From the NCBI RefSeq assembly GCF_006345805.1, contig NC_043002.1, positions 75,392,001-75,456,000 on the forward strand: a DNA stretch of 64,000 nucleotides, in the 5' to 3' direction. The stretch comes from Octopus sinensis. Its lineage: Eukaryota. The translations under genes were made by a program, and so were the position numbers. The notes beneath the pieces were generated by a model. The model saw only the letters and a program-made list of their open reading frames with translations. It ran no database searches and was not told the origin of the DNA. Positions 1 through 12,483 of this stretch are shown one piece after another; the stretch's first letter is position 1; each line of letters begins with the position of its first letter.

Positions 1-149
1 AAGAGGTCAGAGTGTATGTGTGTGTGCATGTGTGTGTGTAGAGGGGGCAATCAAAATAAAGTATCAATCAAATGTTAGGGCTGATTTAATCAACCAACAC
101 CTTCCTCCTAACAACTTTCAGGCCTCCTGCTTATTTGAGAAACAATTCT

Positions 150-308
150 TAATATTATTATTGTCAACATCAACTTTGCCTTTCATCCTCCTGGGGTCAA
201 TTAAACACACTGCAATCAAATACTGAGAATTGATGTAATCAACTAACACTTCCCTCAATATTTCTGTCTTGTGCCTATGTAAGAAATTGCTATTATTATT
301 ATTATTTC
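150..308 (+). mobile_element. 3' part of a decayed family C SINE
   Basis: caactttgcctttcatcc...ggggtcaat...cttgtgccta...(att)n. Confidence 0.65.
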
Positions 309-2884
309 TTTTTCCAACTTTCCTTTCTCCTTTCTTTCTTAAATGAAGTAATTTCCGGCTGCAATGTCTATTTGATTTGTAAAATAACTTCAGGTTGTTT
401 GCGGAATAATTTATTAGCGATGCCACCACCATATCCATGACGGTGGTGTCTGAGCATTCTTTCAAAGATGAATTCATTGAAGTTTTTCAAAATATGCCAA
501 CAAACTCCCCCTCACTCGCTCCATCTCCTTCCCTCCCCTGTTCAGCATAAATAATCATCTCTGTGTAGTTCTTTATTAGCCATTCCTGTTGCCTTCAGAA
601 GATAAGAGAAAATTGTTATTGCTAAATTGTTGATTTGGTAAACATTGTTATCTCTCATTCCCTTAAGTCTTTGGAAATTTATAAACAGCAAATATTAAAA
701 CAAAAAATTAGAGGAGGTTAAGCCAAGGCAAAAAATAAAAATAAAATTGAAAAATGAATAAAAAGAAGAAAAATGTAAAAAAAATATTTTTTTTTTAAAT
801 GTAAATGTAAAAAGATAGGGAAAAAAAATCGGTAATAAAGTGATTCTTTTGATTAACTAATTTTATCTATTATCGATTTAAGAAAAGAAAATTGCCTCTT
901 AGCACTCTAACCTATATCTTATCTTCATTTTAAAGTCCATCGCAGATTTATTATGGTTTTTAACAACTCATGTGTTTATTTTATTCTTTAATTCAGGTAT
1001 TTATCTTGGCAACTTTCTCTCTTTTCTTTTTCACATTTTCTTTCTCTTTTTTTTTTTTTTACCTTATATCTTGTTTTGATTGTAATGAAATTCTGAATTT
1101 GAAGTCTCATTGTAAAATTAACAAATCATTTAATAGTAATGACAATCTTTATATATTTCTTTTTTTGTAGTGATGGCATGGGGGTGGTCAGCCACACACA
1201 CACACACACACACACACAGAATCTCACTAAAGTTTGATTTTTTTTTTACTGTTAATGTTTTACCTGCTCTCATCACTGTTGATAGTTGTTTTAAAAAAAT
1301 CCTGTTCAAATACCAATAATAATGATAATCAAATAATAACAATAATGATAATAATGATGATCTCTTTCCTCGGTTTTTTGGTTTTTCCTGTGATACTTTG
1401 ATGTGTAAATTTGGACACAAGACTTGGATTTCTTACAGAATTAAATCACCAAAAATGAAATGGAATAAAAATAAAATAAATGACTCTGGGCTGTGGAATT
1501 AGTCATTCAGCTTTCCAAGAATCAATAAAACTAACTATGGTACCATTAAAGAGACAAGCTAGGGATTAGAAAATTGCAAATCTAGCCTCAGGTAGGAGAG
1601 TAGTTAATGAAAATCCCATCCTCCACCAACCGGTTAGTGTACATCTCAATGTACTTTACTCTTTTTATTAAAATATTTTCATATATTTATTTGTTAATCT
1701 AAGGAGGATACAATGATGCCAAGGAAGAGTTGTAGTCGGCATTCATAACACCATTATATTCACTTCCCTTTTATTTCTTGCTTGTACTTTATATTATAAA
1801 GTGTCCAAGAGTTTTGTTGTACATCAACAATCCTGTCATTGACACAGTTCCATTGCTTTTTCATTGCACTGCTTTGGTTGCAATGGTATCAGTGATCAGT
1901 TTGTAGCTGTAGGACACGTTTTTGACATTTCATCAACATTTTATGTCAACTTTCCCTGCTAACATGGATTGAACTTGTTGACATAATCCAATTCAGTTCT
2001 TATTCAGAGTTATGACCCTGCTAGATGAATCAGACGACTTTGTCTCAGTCCGTTATATAACTCCTCTTTGGTTTGTTTTCTACAGCTGGAGGCCCTTCCT
2101 ATCACCAACTGTTTCAAAGAATCTGCTACTGGTTGCATTTTATCATGGCTCCATTATTAAAGAGGTTGTCATGCCATTGACAAGTCTAAAAAAGTTTTCT
2201 TTCCCCACCATGTCATCTTTGCTCATTTGTCTGTCATTATACAGAGTGTATTGGGTGCATTCTTTTATGGCCTTGTGTCCTGTGAAACTGAAGAGTCCTC
2301 TGTATTCTATGTTGTGTTCATTTGTTCAAGGCAAAAACTGAAAATGATTGATTGAGAGATTCATAACAGATGGGTGGGGATGAGTGAAAACATGATGGTA
2401 GAAACTGAGTTATGGAGGTGAAAGGGTGTTAAAGGGAAGGAGAGAGTGTGTTATGCTTGGTTATACTTGTAGCGTAGTACACCGGATATGAGAGAAAGTG
2501 AGACTGGCTGACTGAGACAGAAATATGAACGACTGGGGAATGAGAGGGTAATGAATGGTAGAAGATAAATTTAGGCAATACAATCATGAAATTAAGTAAA
2601 AATGAATGCAAAAGTGTATACCTGTGTGTTTTATAAAGCTCTTATGTCTATTTCATGTTGTAATTGTTTTAGTTTCTACACAGGGATATTTGATTAAATC
2701 ACTTGCCAAGCAAGTTCAGTTCCAAAAGTTGCAAAGAAAGCAAACTGTTTTATGTTGCAAACTGATTTTTTATTGGCTGTTCTGTATTTTTGCAATAGGG
2801 AGAGAACATTTGGTGAAGGATATTTAGTACTGTTCTCTCTTTTGTACTTATTCCCCAAATAATTACTGAACATTTAATTTTCTG

Positions 2885-3670
2885 TCGTTATCATTATAAT
2901 GTCTGCTTTTCCATGCTTTCATGGGTTGGATGGAATTTGTTGAGGCAAATTTTCTACAGCTGGATATTCTTCCTGTTACCAACCCTTACCTATTTCCATG
3001 TAAGGTAATATTCCATCTGATCAGACCTGTTTTCATGGAAGATTGGTGACAAAGAACATGGCTTGTATGAATGGTGACACTTGTTTTACAAATATCATGT
3101 GGAGTCTAAGCAAGGAAAAGTAACACACACAGACACATCATCATCATCATCATCATCATCATTTAACATCCGCTTTCTATGCTAGCATGGGTTGGACGAT
3201 TTGACTGAGGACTGGCGAAACTGATAGCTGCACCAGGCTCCAATCTGATCTGGCAGAGTTTCTACAGCTTGATGCCCTTCCTAACACCAACCACTCCAAG
3301 AGTGTAGTGGGTGCTTTTACGTGCCACCGGCACGAAAGCCAATCAGGCGGTACTGTTTTATGTGCCACCTGCACATGAGCCAGTCCAGCAGCACTGGCAA
3401 CGACCTCGCTCGAATGCTTTTTCATGTGCCAGTAAGGCGACGCTAGCAACGATATGTAAACATGAATATATAATGGGCTTCTTTCAGTTTCTGACTACCA
3501 AAACCACTCACAAGGCTTCTGTCATCATCATCATCATTGTCATAATTTAACATCTGTCTTCCATACTGGCAGTGGTTGGACAATTTGACAGGAGCTGATA
3601 CATCAGAAGATTGCTCCAAGCTCTGTTGTCTACTTTGGTTGGGTTTCTATAGCTTGATTCCCTCTTTAAC
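2885..3670 (-). mobile_element. Cluster of three family B SINE-type elements with (ATG)n tails
   Basis: Repeated (cat)n-ttaacatc..ttccatgct.gcatgggttgga...tttctacagctggatgcccttcc at ~2885, ~3135 and ~3522. Further copies at ~15760(+), 22430, 26050, 43320, 52720, 55235. Confidence 0.8.
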
Positions 3671-4159
3671 ACCTTGTTTTTGATAAATGAAATTTTGAAT
3701 AAAGAATCTTGCAAACCAAATCCAAAAGCGAAATAGAATTTTGAATTTTAACATTAAATTGTTCCAGTCACGATTATAATAATTTAGCTGTATGTAATCT
3801 AGTGGTCCCTGTGATAAATCACTATTTTATTGTGGAATTGGTTTTATTAGCATGGTTGCATTATTGATCATTGAAATCAATGTCATATTCCATTTTGTTG
3901 TTGGTGTTGTTTTTCTAAGTTATTAATTTCTTATCTAGGTTTTCATTTATCTACAATTAGACTTTGAAGAGTAAGAAAATAAAACCCATTTACCTTCCCA
4001 CCACCATCTCGAACTGATTTTGAAGAAGACACTGCAAGTTAAGAGGTGTCATCTAAGCAGATAACGATAAATAAATTTGTGTGTGTGCGCGCACGCGTGT
4101 GTGTTGAATATTAGTTACATTAGATACTGCTATTTTCAATAATCATACAAGATATCTAG

Positions 4160-4385
4160 TAATATTGGTTTCAAATTTTGACACAAGGCCAGCAGTTTTG
4201 GGGGAGAATGGCTAAGTTGATTGTATTGACCCTAGTGCTCAATTGGTACTTATTTTTATCAACTTTGAAAGGATGAAAAACAAAGTTGATCGTGGCAGAA
4301 TTTGAACTCAGAGCATAAAGATGGATGAAATGCCGTTATGCATGTTGCCCCGGGATGGTTATGATTCTGCCAGCTTGCTGCTTTA
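4160..4385 (-). mobile_element. SINE family C
   Basis: gaatttgaactcag...ttctgccagcttgctgcttt. Confidence 0.78.
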
Positions 4386-4390
4386 TGGTA

Positions 4391-4768
4391 TTCTTTTACT
4401 CGTTTCAGTCATTTGAATGCGGCCATACTTAGGCACTGCACTTAGTCGAGCAAATCGACCCCAGAACTTACTCTTTGTAAGCCTAGTACTTATTCTATCT
4501 GTCTCTTTTGCCAAAGCACTAAGTTATGGGGACATAAACACACCAACATTGGTCGTCAAGCGATGGTTGTCAAGGGGGAGGGGGCAAACACACTCACACA
4601 CACACACACACGCACATGACAGGCTTCTTTCAGTTTCTGTCTACCATATTCACTAACAAGGCTTTGGTCGGCCTGAGGCTATAGCAGAAGACACTTGCCC
4701 AAGGTGTCATGCAGTGGTACTGAACCCAGAACCATGTGATTGGAAAGCAAACTACTTATCACACAACT
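4391..4768 (-). mobile_element. SINE family A
   Basis: Same head, body and tail on minus strand. Confidence 0.85.
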
Positions 4769-4974
4769 TCAGTAATATTAAAGAATATATGACATATCAT
4801 ATATCTGAGATTTGTCTGTTCTGTTGCAAGAATTTGGGCCAGCTTTCTGGTTTGAAGATAAAATTATTTCTCTCTTCCACTAGTCTTCAAGGTTCTGTAG
4901 AGAGCTATGGGCCTTGCCCTTTCCTCTTGACTAAAATATAATAAAAACCAGTAAATAAGTAGCAATAAAAGAGG

Positions 4975-5407
4975 TGAAAGCATGGCAGTGTGGTTAAGAA
5001 GCTTGATTCCCAAACCATGTGGTTTGGGGTTGAGTCCCAGTGCATGGCTCCTTGGGCAAGTGTCTTTTATTATTACCCCAAGCTGACAAAAGCCTTATAA
5101 GTGGATTTAGTAGATGGAAACTTGAAGAAGCTCATTGCATATGTGTGTCCCCATCCTTGTTTTGACATCATGTGAATATGTGATGGTTGTAAGCAAGTGA
5201 CATCATCATCATACAAGCAATATCATTCATTCTCCATCTGTCTTGAAAACATATCCAGTCATGGGAAAATGTTACTTCACGAGCAAACAGGTGAGGTTGG
5301 TAACAGGAAGGGCATCCAGCCATTAAAAAAAAAAACCTGCTTCAACAAATCCCATCTAATCCATGCAAGCCTGGAAAAATGGATGTTGAAACAATGATGA
5401 TGATGAT
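4975..5407 (+). mobile_element. SINE with family A head and family B tail
   Basis: Head as family A, then aggaagggcatccagc...ccatgcaagcctggaaaaatggatgtt(atg)n. A similar chimera lies at ~13440-13800. Confidence 0.75.
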
Positions 5408-6059
5408 ATATAGAGGGAGAGAGAGAGAGAGAGATTAATTAATTTGAAATATTTTTAAAAATGCAGCTTTTTAAATTCTTATTTTAGCTATGAATTAACA
5501 TATCGTCTCTAAATATGTTACGCTTTTCCTAAATATTCTTCAAACAGAACAGTGAAAGGTTGCAAAATGGAAAAGCAAAAAAAAAAGCAAAAAGCAGAAA
5601 ATATTCGTGGGGAGGGAAAAAAAACAAATAAAATATTTTTAAAAACCTCCAAAACAAGAAAATTAAAATATTGAAAAGGAAGAGAATATAATAATAAATA
5701 GAAATGGTAGGTGGATTGTGGGTAGTAAATGAACTATAAACTACTTTTCTAGTGTTTTTATTATTACTGTCTTTGCATCTAATTTTAAATTGCAGTTTAC
5801 CATTTTTTTTCCTGCCATTAAGTTTGGTGCCATTTAGAAATAGTAAACAAGATTTGCATTTAAGGAAAAGTCGAAAGAAATGAAGTAAAAGACGAGAGTA
5901 AATTATTGCAAAGTTGAGTGGTGGCAGTGGTGGTAGTGGTGGTAGGAAAAGGAGGAGGAACAAGTGAACCAAAAGGAAGGGGTGAGGGTGCAGGAAGACT
6001 GTTTGTGTGTGTCTTTTTTTGTTGGAATATGTTTGAAACATTTACTACTTATAACTTAC

Positions 6060-6171
6060 TATGTTGTTAGCCTGAGGTGTTGTTGGAACATCTCTTCCAT
6101 GAAACACCGTTCTAACTGTTTTTGTTGTTGTTGTTGGTGGTGATGGTAAGGGTGAAGGGTGGTGCACAGAA
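6060..6171 (-). CDS. Speculative internal exon, product unknown
   Basis: Long poly-T tract plus AAG acceptor, 112 nt, GTAAGT donor at 6059-6054. Two frames are open (SVHHPSPLPSPPTTTTKTVRTVFHGRDVPTTPQANNI or LCTTLHPYHHHQQQQQKQLERCFMEEMFQQHLRLTT). No homology recognised. Confidence 0.25.
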
Positions 6172-7816
6172 CTTTGAAAAAAAAAAACAAAGAAGAAAAA
6201 ATAAAAAATAAACAAAAAGCAATGAAATTTTGAAGTAGATAGAAAGCATGACATAGAAGAAAGTGAATTTGAAAGAAAGAAAGAAGGGAAGAAAGGAAGG
6301 AAGGAAGGTGTTGGCAACATGGAACATGGGTTGGGATAGAGTGGAATGGTTGAGAAAACTAAAATAATCCACATTTGGAAATCTAATTTAATTATTTAAA
6401 AAAAAATTAGAATAAATTAAGTAAATAGATAAAAATGGAGAAGAGAGATAGAGAGAGAGAGAGAGTAAAAGTGATAATATTAAGAAAAAAAAACCAAAAC
6501 AAAAGCCAATACAAAATTGTACTCTCAACCTGTCCCCCGTCCCCCCATCTATCTCTTCTTTCTCTTGTTTAACCAGCTTTACAGAAGCTGCTCTGTGTTA
6601 GTCTATATTCTATTTAGGTTTTTCACCATTAATGGGATTTTATTCTTTAGCAGTACCTGATTTTTATCAAATCAGAGAGTTAACATTTGCAATTTTATAT
6701 TACTACAGGACGACTGACTGTTTAATTTTGTTATGCATGTATGTATGCATGTGTATGTGTAACATACATATATACATGTGTATGTGTACATGCATACGTA
6801 TATATGTATATGTGTGTGTATGCACTATGAACATACATACACATGGACATATATATGTTTTCATTCATCTATTTACATTACTGTGTATGTGTTGGGCAAA
6901 CGCACACACACGCTTCTATGTGTGTATCTGTGTGAATATGTGTGCATACACGCAAACTTATCTGTGTGTATGTATATGTATGTACATCATATATGTATAT
7001 GTGTGTAAATGTATATATGTGTACATTTATATACGTATATATGTGTAAATATATACGTACATATAATCTCTTGCATGGCATTGTTTTGTAGAATTATTTA
7101 AAAACAGGAAGAAATTCATTTTTTTTTTATGTTTTAATGTAGTATAATATCCTCCATTACTGTAATAGTTTGTGTCCTCTACTCCAATATCATGGTAGAC
7201 TTTTGCTTATTTGAGTATTGTCCCCAGAAGGCAAAAAAGAACCCCAACCCTCTCCAACTAAATAAACAACAAAAAAAATAAGTTTCTTCATCTATTTTAA
7301 ATGTTTAGTGCCTTCACTTTTTTAGTCGTAATAATCAAATGAAGAAACAAAAATATCTTGTTATTAGACTGTGTCGGGCTTTCTGGAGTAGGACTCTCAT
7401 CTGTGTGGTAAATTAAGAGATAATTGAAAAGATCAGCTGTAGTTGTAATTTTTTAAAAAAAGGTACTTAAAAATGTGAATAGAAGGGGTAGATCTTATTG
7501 GAATTGGGTAGGATGAAAATGAAAATGACAAAGTTGTGAATTTGGGAGTCGTAATTATTATAAGAGAATTATAGGCAAGGAAATTCATTGTAATATCAAA
7601 CTAGGACACTAATCAATATGAGGTTTGCTTATCAGTGTAACTTAGCACATTTTTTTGCTTGTACTCTAGATATATTTCCCCACTATTATGATACATGTAA
7701 GGAAGTACTAAATCCAATCTTATTTCCTTGTAGTTCTTTTGTGTCTCCTTGTTTTGACATTGTGTGAGAGTTGTAAATGAGTGTTACCATCATACAAGCA
7801 GCTTCAACTCTTGTAC

Positions 7817-8128
7817 CTTTTATCTTTTACTTGTTTCAGTCACTTGACTGCCGCTATACTGGGGCACCACCTTGAAGGGTTTTAGTTAAACAAATCAACC
7901 CCAGGACTTTTTTTTTAAAGTGTAGTACTTATTCTATTTTTTTTTGGACTTGCCACTAAGTTACAGGTACAAAAACGCACCAACGCCTGCTGTCAAGGGG
8001 TGGTGGGGGAGAAGCATGCACACCCACACACAACAGCTTCTTTCAGTTTCCGTTTACCAAATCCACTCACAAGGCTTTGGTCAGCCTGAATCTATAGTAG
8101 AAGACACTTGCACAAGGTGCCCTGCAAT
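7817..8128 (-). mobile_element. SINE family A (5'-truncated)
   Basis: Tail ttttacttgtttcagtc... through agaagacacttgc. Confidence 0.8.
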
Positions 8129-8349
8129 GTTTCCATGATATGTACTATTGAGAAAGAGAGAATGTTATGTCCTCATATGGGCATCACAGCTTGAAGGTAG
8201 TGCAAGTGTGGAGTAAGATATCTAGATTTACTTGCATACACACACACATACACACTATGCATGATGTATTATACGTTCTCCTACTGCAATTCCATTTGTA
8301 AAGCATTGGTTAGAACTGAGGTCATACTAGAAGACACTTGCTTAAGCCA

Positions 8350-8538
8350 TTGACATTTACACTAGCCATATTGGACCATAATATTCTACCTGTTTTATGT
8401 TCAGACTGTAGAGTATGTGTGAGAGACTGGATCTGGTGAATGTCATTCTAAAAGTGAACAATCACATCATTGAAATCTCAGAGCTATGAGATAATGAATA
8501 ATTAATTCAATGCAATGTCAATAAATAATCATTACATC
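8350..8538 (-). mobile_element. Partial family P1 MITE
   Basis: aatattctacctgttttatgttc...attctaaaa...aattaattcaa matches P1 reversed. Confidence 0.6.
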
Positions 8539-9240
8539 ATCATCATTTAGTGTACATTGTCCATGCTGGTATGGGCTGATAGACTGAGGGGAATCACCAG
8601 ACTCCAGTCTGATTTAGCATGGTTTCTACAGCTGGGTGTCCTTCGTAATGCCAACTATTCCGAGAACGTAATGGGTGCTTTTATGCGCCATTGGCATGGG
8701 TGCCAGTTGTGTGACACCAGTATTTGTCACAACTATGATTTCACTTGACTTGATGGCTCTTCTTCCAAAGCACAGCATATTGCCAAGGATCTTGGTCATT
8801 TGTTATGGCTTCCATGAGGCCTAAAGCTCAAAAGGTGCTTTTTATGTGCCATTGGCACTGGTGCTAGTTATGTGACACCTGCATTGGCCACATTGTTTCC
8901 ATGAGGCCTAATGCTCAAAAGGTGCTTTTTATGTGCCATCGGCACAGATGCTAGTTACGTGACACCTGCATCGGCCACATTGCCTCCATGAGGCCAAATG
9001 CTCAAAAACTGCATCAGCCACATTGCCTCCATGAGGCCTAACGCTTAAAAGGTGCTTTTTATGTGCCATCGGCATGGGTGTTAGTTACGTGACACCTGCA
9101 TCGGCCACATTGCCTCCATGAGGCCTAATGCTCAAAAGGTACTTTTTATGGGCCACCAGTACGAGTGCCAATTACGTGACACTGACAATGGCCACAATTG
9201 TGATTTCACTTGGCTTGATGAGTCTTCTCAAGCATGACCT
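8535..9240 (-). mobile_element. Family B element with internally amplified segment
   Basis: (cat)n tail at 8535, family B body, then the 87-bp minisatellite. Confidence 0.75.
8812..9200. repeat. 87-bp minisatellite, ~4.5 units
   Basis: ccatgaggc recurs at 8812, 8899, 8986, 9029 and 9116 (periods 87, 87, 43, 87). Confidence 0.95.
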
Positions 9241-10565
9241 GAATGCTAGAAGGTTAAGGCGCCATACAATGAAACAGAACTCAAAACCAAATGATTATAA
9301 AACAAACTTCACATCCACACTGCCATATCTGTGCCTTTTATCAGGAATATGTAAAGCTGATGCACTTGTGCATACACATGTTTCTTGTGTTTTCCTTTTA
9401 TGGACTTGCCAGTTACATGTCAGATGATGCGTTAGTGGAGAAAGTTTATTGTACATTTATGAGTAGACGTGAATTCCTTGTCTCTTTAACTGGTCAATTC
9501 AGTTTCTGTTCCTACCATTCGTAACATTCTTATTTTTAAACATCATTAATTTTGCTATTCTGTCATGCTAAACTACTGCATAAAACATATTATTTCTGCA
9601 TCTTTACAGGAAAATTAATCATTGTTGATCTCTCATTATTTTCACTTTATTCTCACCACTTTTCTGGAGACAAAACAAAGAAAAGACAAAAAAAAAAAAA
9701 AAACAAATTTCATGTAATGGCTTTTATTGATAATTATTTAGTGACTCTGCAAGCAGGGAAACATCTTTTGCAGAGAGATTAGTAATTATGAAATCCCTAC
9801 TTTAGAAACAATTTTATTTTCATTAGCTGTAATTAATGACTTTTGATCTGGGGAGACAGTAAAATAATATGGTAGTCTTGGCATATGAAGAATGTCTTAT
9901 GTCTTAGGATTTTAAAAGTTATTTATATTGATATTTATCTTTTCTTGCTCTTCTGCTCAGTATTATATGCAGCTTCTGCTATTAATAAGTAATTTAGTAC
10001 AAAATCAGTTCATTTCGAAACGATCAGCCACTGTTCGTTAGTTATCTTCGCTAAAATGCTAAGAAATCATTTGGTTACATTATTAGCCTAATTAACATAA
10101 TTATAGCAAAGTAAAACTGGTTTATTACTTACAGGGATGAGATGAAGCTTCAGGCAAAATTCATATATTTTTAAAAGGTTCCAATGTTTTGTTTTTTGCA
10201 TCCAATCTTGGATAATGTAGTTGAGGTATTGAGCTATCCACCTTCAGTTAATGTAATTATTAGTACTGGCTTACATTTAATACTGCTTGACTTCTCAAAC
10301 AAAAACTAATTATTGTTTTACTCATTGTGGTAAACCGGGTTTTATTTATATTTTTTCTTTCCTCTCTTTAAGTGCAAGCATTCTTCCAAAGACTGTAAAC
10401 TGTAACAAAGAAAGACATACCTAGACACACTGATTAAATCATTTTAGTTTTAGTGGGCTTGCTTCCTCCTTACTAAGCCACTGTAATGCATGGTGTAAAC
10501 CATAGTATAAGTGAAATGTGTGTGTGTGTATGCATGTATATATATATATATATATGTATGTATAA

Positions 10566-10717
10566 AATATATCTTATTTTGGTTGAGTTGGTCTTTTGCT
10601 ACTCTGAGTTTCATCCGTGGGTGCACAGGATCTTCAGGCAAGCTATGGTTGCCATACCTTGCCTACAGGTGAAACTCAGTGTTGCAAGAGACCAACTCAA
10701 CCAAAATAAAATATATT
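10566..10717. repeat. 152-bp fold-back (head-to-head inverted pair), probably Penelope-like pLTR fragments
   Basis: Left arm aatatatcttattttggttgagttggtcttttgctactctgagtttcatc is the reverse complement of the right arm with few mismatches. Inner stem aggcaag-ctatgg/ccatac-cttgcct; 17-nt bulge at 10619-10635; lies between (TA)n tracts. Confidence 0.9.
10596..10641 (-). ncRNA. Minimal type I hammerhead ribozyme motif (Penelope-like-element type)
   Basis: Minus strand reads UUGC-CUGAAGA-UCC(U)GUG cacc CAC GGA-U-GAAA-CUC a GAG-UA-GCAA. This gives stem I UUGC/GCAA, core CUGAAGA, stem II, GAAA, near-palindromic stem III ACUC-A-GAGU and cleavage triplet GUA (cut between 10600 and 10599). One extra U precedes GAAA. 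Confidence 0.6.
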
Positions 10718-10819
10718 ATTAATCTCTACTATAGTACTGAGCACGCTTTTTCCCCCCCTAAACAGTCAACACAATCTCTCTCTCCCCCTCTATATATATA
10801 TGTGTGTATGTATATATAC

Positions 10820-10882
<63 letters not shown>

Positions 10883-11144
10883 ATATATATATATTGTTCT
10901 TTCTTCTTCTAATCAAGTTATTTATTTCAGCATGACTTCATATGAGTTTCAATATTAGATCTTTTTTTGCTCAGTAATTGTGAACTAGTGTAAACATGTA
11001 TATGCATACACCTACCTACTTATATATATATATATATGTGTGTGTATCCAATTGAAGTAACATGTACACACACATCTAAATATACATAAGCAAATATAAC
11101 CATATAAATTGTTGCCTGTGAAATGACTGTTTTTTAAATCAGTG

Positions 11145-11172
11145 TTTATTATTTTATATTTTGTAGGTAAGT
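11145..11172 (+). other. Candidate recursive splice site (TAG|GTAAGT)
   Basis: T-rich tract tttattattttatattttg, AG at 11165-11166 directly followed by GTAAGT at 11167-11172. Confidence 0.3.
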
Positions 11173-11261
11173 GTAAACAATTCTACTCTACTGTAAGGAG
11201 TTTTCTAAGAATGAGGTACAGTGCTTATTTTTCTTTTTTAATTGTCAATAGCAAACTCTTG

Positions 11262-11303
<42 letters not shown>

Positions 11304-11583
11304 GCAGTTTTGCCTGTAGTTGTAAACTCACTTTCTTCTTTCCTTTCCTTTCATTTTTGTAAATGTATCTTGTGTATTATTGAGGCTGTTGTTTCCCTGC
11401 TATTGTTCTTGTTTTTGTTTTGAAGCAGATTTTGTCTGATCAATAAAGCTTTAATGTATAAAATGTATGTATCCAGAGGCATCTAGCACATACCTTTTGA
11501 ACTTTCTAGAATTTTGCAATTATGGTTCTTGAAGCTGCAAATGTGTTGCTCTTATTCAATTATATATTGAGAATGTGTGTGTG

Positions 11584-11615
<32 letters not shown>

Positions 11616-11790
11616 TGCACATGTATGTGTGTGTATAATATATATATACATACATGTGCATATACTTGGAAAGAGGGCTCCTCTCTATAACCACATCTGC
11701 ATTCTCACACACACATATGTACACGAACACACATGTGCACGCTTGTACACACATGTAATTGGAATGTGTGTGTTTGTATGTATGTTTGTG

Positions 11791-11840
<50 letters not shown>

Positions 11841-12168
11841 AAATATAGGATTTGGCATATATGTTTTCCATGCATACTTTTGTATGTATCTAGACATGGT
11901 TGTGTGGTTAACATGGTGGCTTTGTAATCAAGAAGTCCCTGGTTGGGCAAATGACTTTTACCACAATACCTGGTTGTCCTCAAGCTTGTGATAGATGGAA
12001 ACTGTATGGAAGCATCAGAGAGGAACTATACTTGTAGCACAAAGTGCCAGCCTTGTCATTTTGTGTTATGCTGATGCTGCCTGAAAATTACATTCAGAAT
12101 ACAAATATTTGTGGAATACCCAGCGGTTTACACTATAATTCACTGAGTACATTGCTCAGCTGATTGTG

Positions 12169-12483
12169 TGGAGGCATGTGGCTAGGATATTTGTCTCATA
12201 ACCATAAGGTAGTGAGTTTGATTCCTGACTATAAGTGGTGTCCGTTTATTTTCACGTTGCTTCAGTTCACTCTGCTGGCAAAAAGGAGTTGTACCTGTAA
12301 TTCAATGGGCCAGCCTTATCATATTTGCTGTGACATGCTGAATCTCCTTGAGAGCTATATTGAAGGTGCACATGCCTGTGGAGTGCTTGGCTACTTGTAT
12401 ATTTGTTTCACGAGCAGGCTGTTCTGTTAATTGAATCAACCAGAACACTTGTCACCATAACTGATGACATGTCAGGAGTGAAC
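12169..12483 (+). mobile_element. Family D-related SINE
   Basis: ggaggcatgtggc head; body gggccagcctt...tgtggagtgct...ttcacgagcaggctgttc, which is also partly present at ~12030-12165. Confidence 0.6.

Noticed and set aside
8812-9200. CRISPR-like array
   Set aside because: Whole units repeat with no unique spacers; eukaryotic context; no cas genes.
10124-10420. Exon between donor-like and acceptor-like motifs
   Set aside because: Stops in plausible frames and no consistent splice pair.
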